64,000 nt of DNA from the human T2T-CHM13v2.0 reference genome, Homo sapiens. Below, one piece after another: positions 59,300 to 64,000 of this stretch. A program made the position numbers and the translations under genes. The notes under the pieces are model-generated. The model did no database searches, was not told the DNA's origin, and saw nothing but the letters and a program-made list of their open reading frames with translations. The stretch lies in NCBI RefSeq assembly GCF_009914755.1, contig NC_060927.1; one strand, written 5' to 3'. Each line of letters starts with the position of its first letter. Position 1 is the first letter of the stretch.

Positions 59300-60692
59300 C
59301 TAGTGAAACCCTGTCTCTACTGAAAATATAAAAATTAGCCGGTCATGGTGGCACATGCCTGTACTCCCTGCTACTCAGGAGGCGGGAGAATTGTTTGAAC
59401 CCAGGAGGCGAAGTTTGCAGTGAGCTGAGATCACGCCACTGCACTCCAGCCTGGGCAACAGAGTGAGTACCCTGTCTCAAAAACAAAACAAAACGAAACA
59501 AAACAAAACAAAAAAATACAAGAGTAAATTTGGTAAATTTGCTGAGTTTTGACAAATGCATTGTCCTCTATAACCCAAACCTCTATAAAGATACAGAACA
59601 TTACCATCATCCTAAAAAGTTCCTTCATACTCCTTCCCTGTTAGTCACCACTCCTACCCTTTCCAGAGACAACTACTGTTCTGATTTTTTTTTTTTCTGG
59701 TGCTTAAATTTTTCAAAAGGAGCCTTGATAAGTATAAGTACTTAGCTTCAGTGCTTTCTCCTATTATGCACAGAAAATCTTGCAGTCTTTAAAACAGGAG
59801 AGGTAATTCTAGGATAGTTGGTGCAATCAACAACAAATATTTGTTGAGACAAAGAGTAACTAAATAAATCACTTGAATGCTTTTTTCAATAGTTTTTGGG
59901 TAAAAGTGATACAATGAACACTCCAGAAAAAGTGTAAATAATTGAAAAAATATAGAGAGAGGAAATTAAAAATCACCTCACATGAAGAGATGAACACTTA
60001 AAATATTTTGGGCTGGGCATGGTGGCTGATGCCTGTAATCCCAACACTTTGGGAGGCTGAAGTGGGAGGAGGATAGCTTGAGGCCAGGAGTTTGAAATCA
60101 GCCTGGGTAACATAGACCCTATTTCTACAAAAGAAAAATTTAAAAATTAGCCAGACTTAGTGGCATGCTCCTATAGTCCCAGCTACTGGGGAGGCTGAGG
60201 CAGGAGGCTCACTTGAGCCCAGGAGTTCGAGGCTGCTGGTAGCCGTGATTGCTCTATTGTGCTCCAGCCTGGGCAACAGAGTGAGACCCTGTCTCAAAAA
60301 TACATATATAAATAAAATAGTGGGTGCGGTGGCTCACGCCTGTCATCCCAACACTTTTGGAGGCCTAGTCGGGTGGATCACTTGAGGTCAGGAGTTCAAG
60401 ATCAGCCAGGCCAACATGGTGAAACCCTGTCTCTACTAAAAATACAAAAATAAAATAAATAAATGAATAAAAATATTTTGATGAAATTTCTCCCTGATGC
60501 CTATGTGTACATATATATAGTGATCTCTGTATAAAACCTGATATAAATGGGATCATACACATGCTACTATGTAACCTGTTTTTGTCACTTAACAATATCC
60601 CATAGATATTTTTCCTCATCATAAATATAAGGTAGAAATATAAATCATCATTTCTAATGGGCACACTCGATGGACATATAATTCTTTAATTA

Positions 60693-61019
<327 letters not shown>

Positions 61020-61845
61020 TCATTTTGATTATTTCTAAAATTTCAGTATTATCAACAATACTGTAATTAATAAATATCCTTATACAGCAGCATTTTCTGA
61101 GCTGTATAATTATTTCCTTATGGTAAATTGCCAAAGGTGGGATTATTCAGTTACAACATGACCATGTTGTACCTGGTGGCTTATTATACTAAAATGCCTT
61201 CCAAAAAAAAAAGAGACAACAACTTACATCCACTGATTGGCTAAGTTCTAAACTCTTTAGATAAGAAAGTAAATATTTGTTTTATCTTCTTCCTTCAAGA
61301 TAGAAAAAATGGAGACACATGAGGGGCTAAAAAGCCTATATTTAAACTAGCAAGCAAAAATGTACGTAAAGGTACCTCATAAACACTTCAAATAAATCCA
61401 GTTGAACTCGATTCAATAAACAATTATTAAACACCTACTATATTCAAAGATGGGACTAGCTCCTGGTAGTAGAAAGGTGAGAAGCCATGGGCCCAATCAA
61501 GTTCAAAATACTCACAGTCTAATAGGACAATTTTCCTGGCTACAGAGCTTTATTCTCACTAAAGCCTACATGACAAGAATGGACCCCAAGGGACTGCTCC
61601 TAAAGGAGCACTGACTTCTACCTTATTTTTGATATAAAACTCAAAAGATAGGCAGGGTGCAGTAGCACACGCCTGTAATCCCAGCACTTCAGGAGGCCGA
61701 GGCGGGCAGATTGCTTGAGTCCAGGAGTTCGAGACTAGCCTGAGCAACATAGTGAGACCACATCTCTACAAATACAAAAAAATTAGCCAGGTGCCATGGC
61801 TCATGCTTGTAGTCCCTGCTACTTGGGTGACATAATGAGACCCTG

Positions 61846-61877
<32 letters not shown>

Positions 61878-62680
61878 CAAAAAAAAACTCAGAAGATATA
61901 CGTGAAAAGAAAGTCTCCCTTCTATTCTTGTGCCCCAGACCACTATTTCCACCCATAGTTCCCCTATTACCAATTTCCTGCATATCTTCCCAGAAGCTAC
62001 CAATATTAACAATTTCCTGCATATCTTCCCAGAAAATGCTGTGTATCTATGTATCCAGGCATATGCTGAGCAGACATATGCTAATTGTCCACTCATCACT
62101 TACTCATTCAAGCAATTTTTTACACAGTAGTATTATACACAGTTTTGCACATGAATAATAAAAATATACATTGGAGATTGTTCTATATCCATTCATACAG
62201 AGCTGCTTCATTTATCTTTTACTTGGAGATCATTCTATATCCAGTCTTAATAATCTATCTCATTCTTTTGTGTCATCTACACAATATTCCATTGCATGAA
62301 TGTATTTAACCAATAATCTATTGATGGTTGGTCGCAATATTTTTTTAATAGAATGCTGCAATGACTATCTTTCTAGATACTAAAATCTTTTTGTAATAAG
62401 AAATGACTATGTGATGTTAGTAATGTTTGGCTTCAAATCAAGTTAGTAAGCTACTTGAGAGACAAAATTGTTGGGTTATAGATGAATATTAAAAAGTAGA
62501 GTCTGGGGCCAGGCGCGGTGGCTCATGCCTGTAATCCTGGCACTTTGGGAGGCTGAGGTGGGCAGATAACGAGGTCAGGAGTTCGAGACCAGCCTGACCA
62601 ACATGGTGAAACCTCATCTGTACTAAAAATACAAAAATTAGCCAGGTGTGGTGGCGTGCACCTGTAATCCCAGTTACTCA

Positions 62681-63442
<762 letters not shown>

Positions 63443-64000
63443 AGTACAAAGCATTAAATATATACACTATGTTTGAAATCTGTTTTCCCAAATAACTGTT
63501 AAAACAAAAGAAAAGCATAAAAGCCAAGAGGAAATCTCCACACACTTAGACTCCTCAGGGTGCGTAAATATATAGGCCTTACCCAGGGTCTTAGCGGTCC
63601 ACAGTAGAGCTTTGTCACACTAACAGCGAGAGCTCCTTGTAGAGTCCATGCCTTGGCACTAAGAACTTCCCCTAGAGAGTTTGGATCTAGCAATGTGGAC
63701 ATACAAATATTCATTTGTCACACATAATTCATCAAAAGGCTTTTGTACATGCAAGCAGAGGAGCACATTTCCTTTTGCCTTTCCCATTGACTTTTGTTTC
63801 TGAACTTCATTTTGAAATAATTACAAATTTAAAAGTTCCATGAATAACACAAAGAACTCCCACACATTCTTTATCCAAACTCACTATTTTTAAACATTTT
63901 GCCACATTCTTCCCCCCATATATTTTTTCTGTATTATTTGAGAATAAATTGCATACATTATGCCTCTGTATCCCTTAATACTTCAGTGTGGGCTGGGTAC

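Overview
This is primate, most likely human, genomic DNA containing the 5' end of DENND6A (FAM116A) on the minus strand; the gene is recognised from the translated N-terminus and I recall it lying at 3p14.3. Coding exon 1 spans 11150-11386 (79 codons, phase-0 GT donor) inside a CpG-island promoter at about 10950-11660. Positions 1-11149 are intron 1, and no exon 2 is visible. The remaining ~52 kb is upstream intergenic DNA towards SLMAP (recalled neighbour), with no other coding exon recognisable. Roughly half the window is Alu by eye, alongside L1, L2, MIR, Tigger/hAT DNA transposons and MaLR/ERVL/ERV1 LTRs. Almost all ORF-track entries are translations of Alu or L1. I found no convincing new multi-gene system. 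The best leads are a perfect CLEAR/E-box palindrome in the promoter, an in-frame upstream GTG in better Kozak context than the ATG, a Y3 RNA retropseudogene split by a mini-Alu, an internally primed tail-less AluY, a hidden retroposed mRNA 3' end inside an L1, a recent 184-bp tandem duplication, and a sevenfold POU-like motif array. Repeat family names come from remembered consensus sequences, and their boundaries are approximate.
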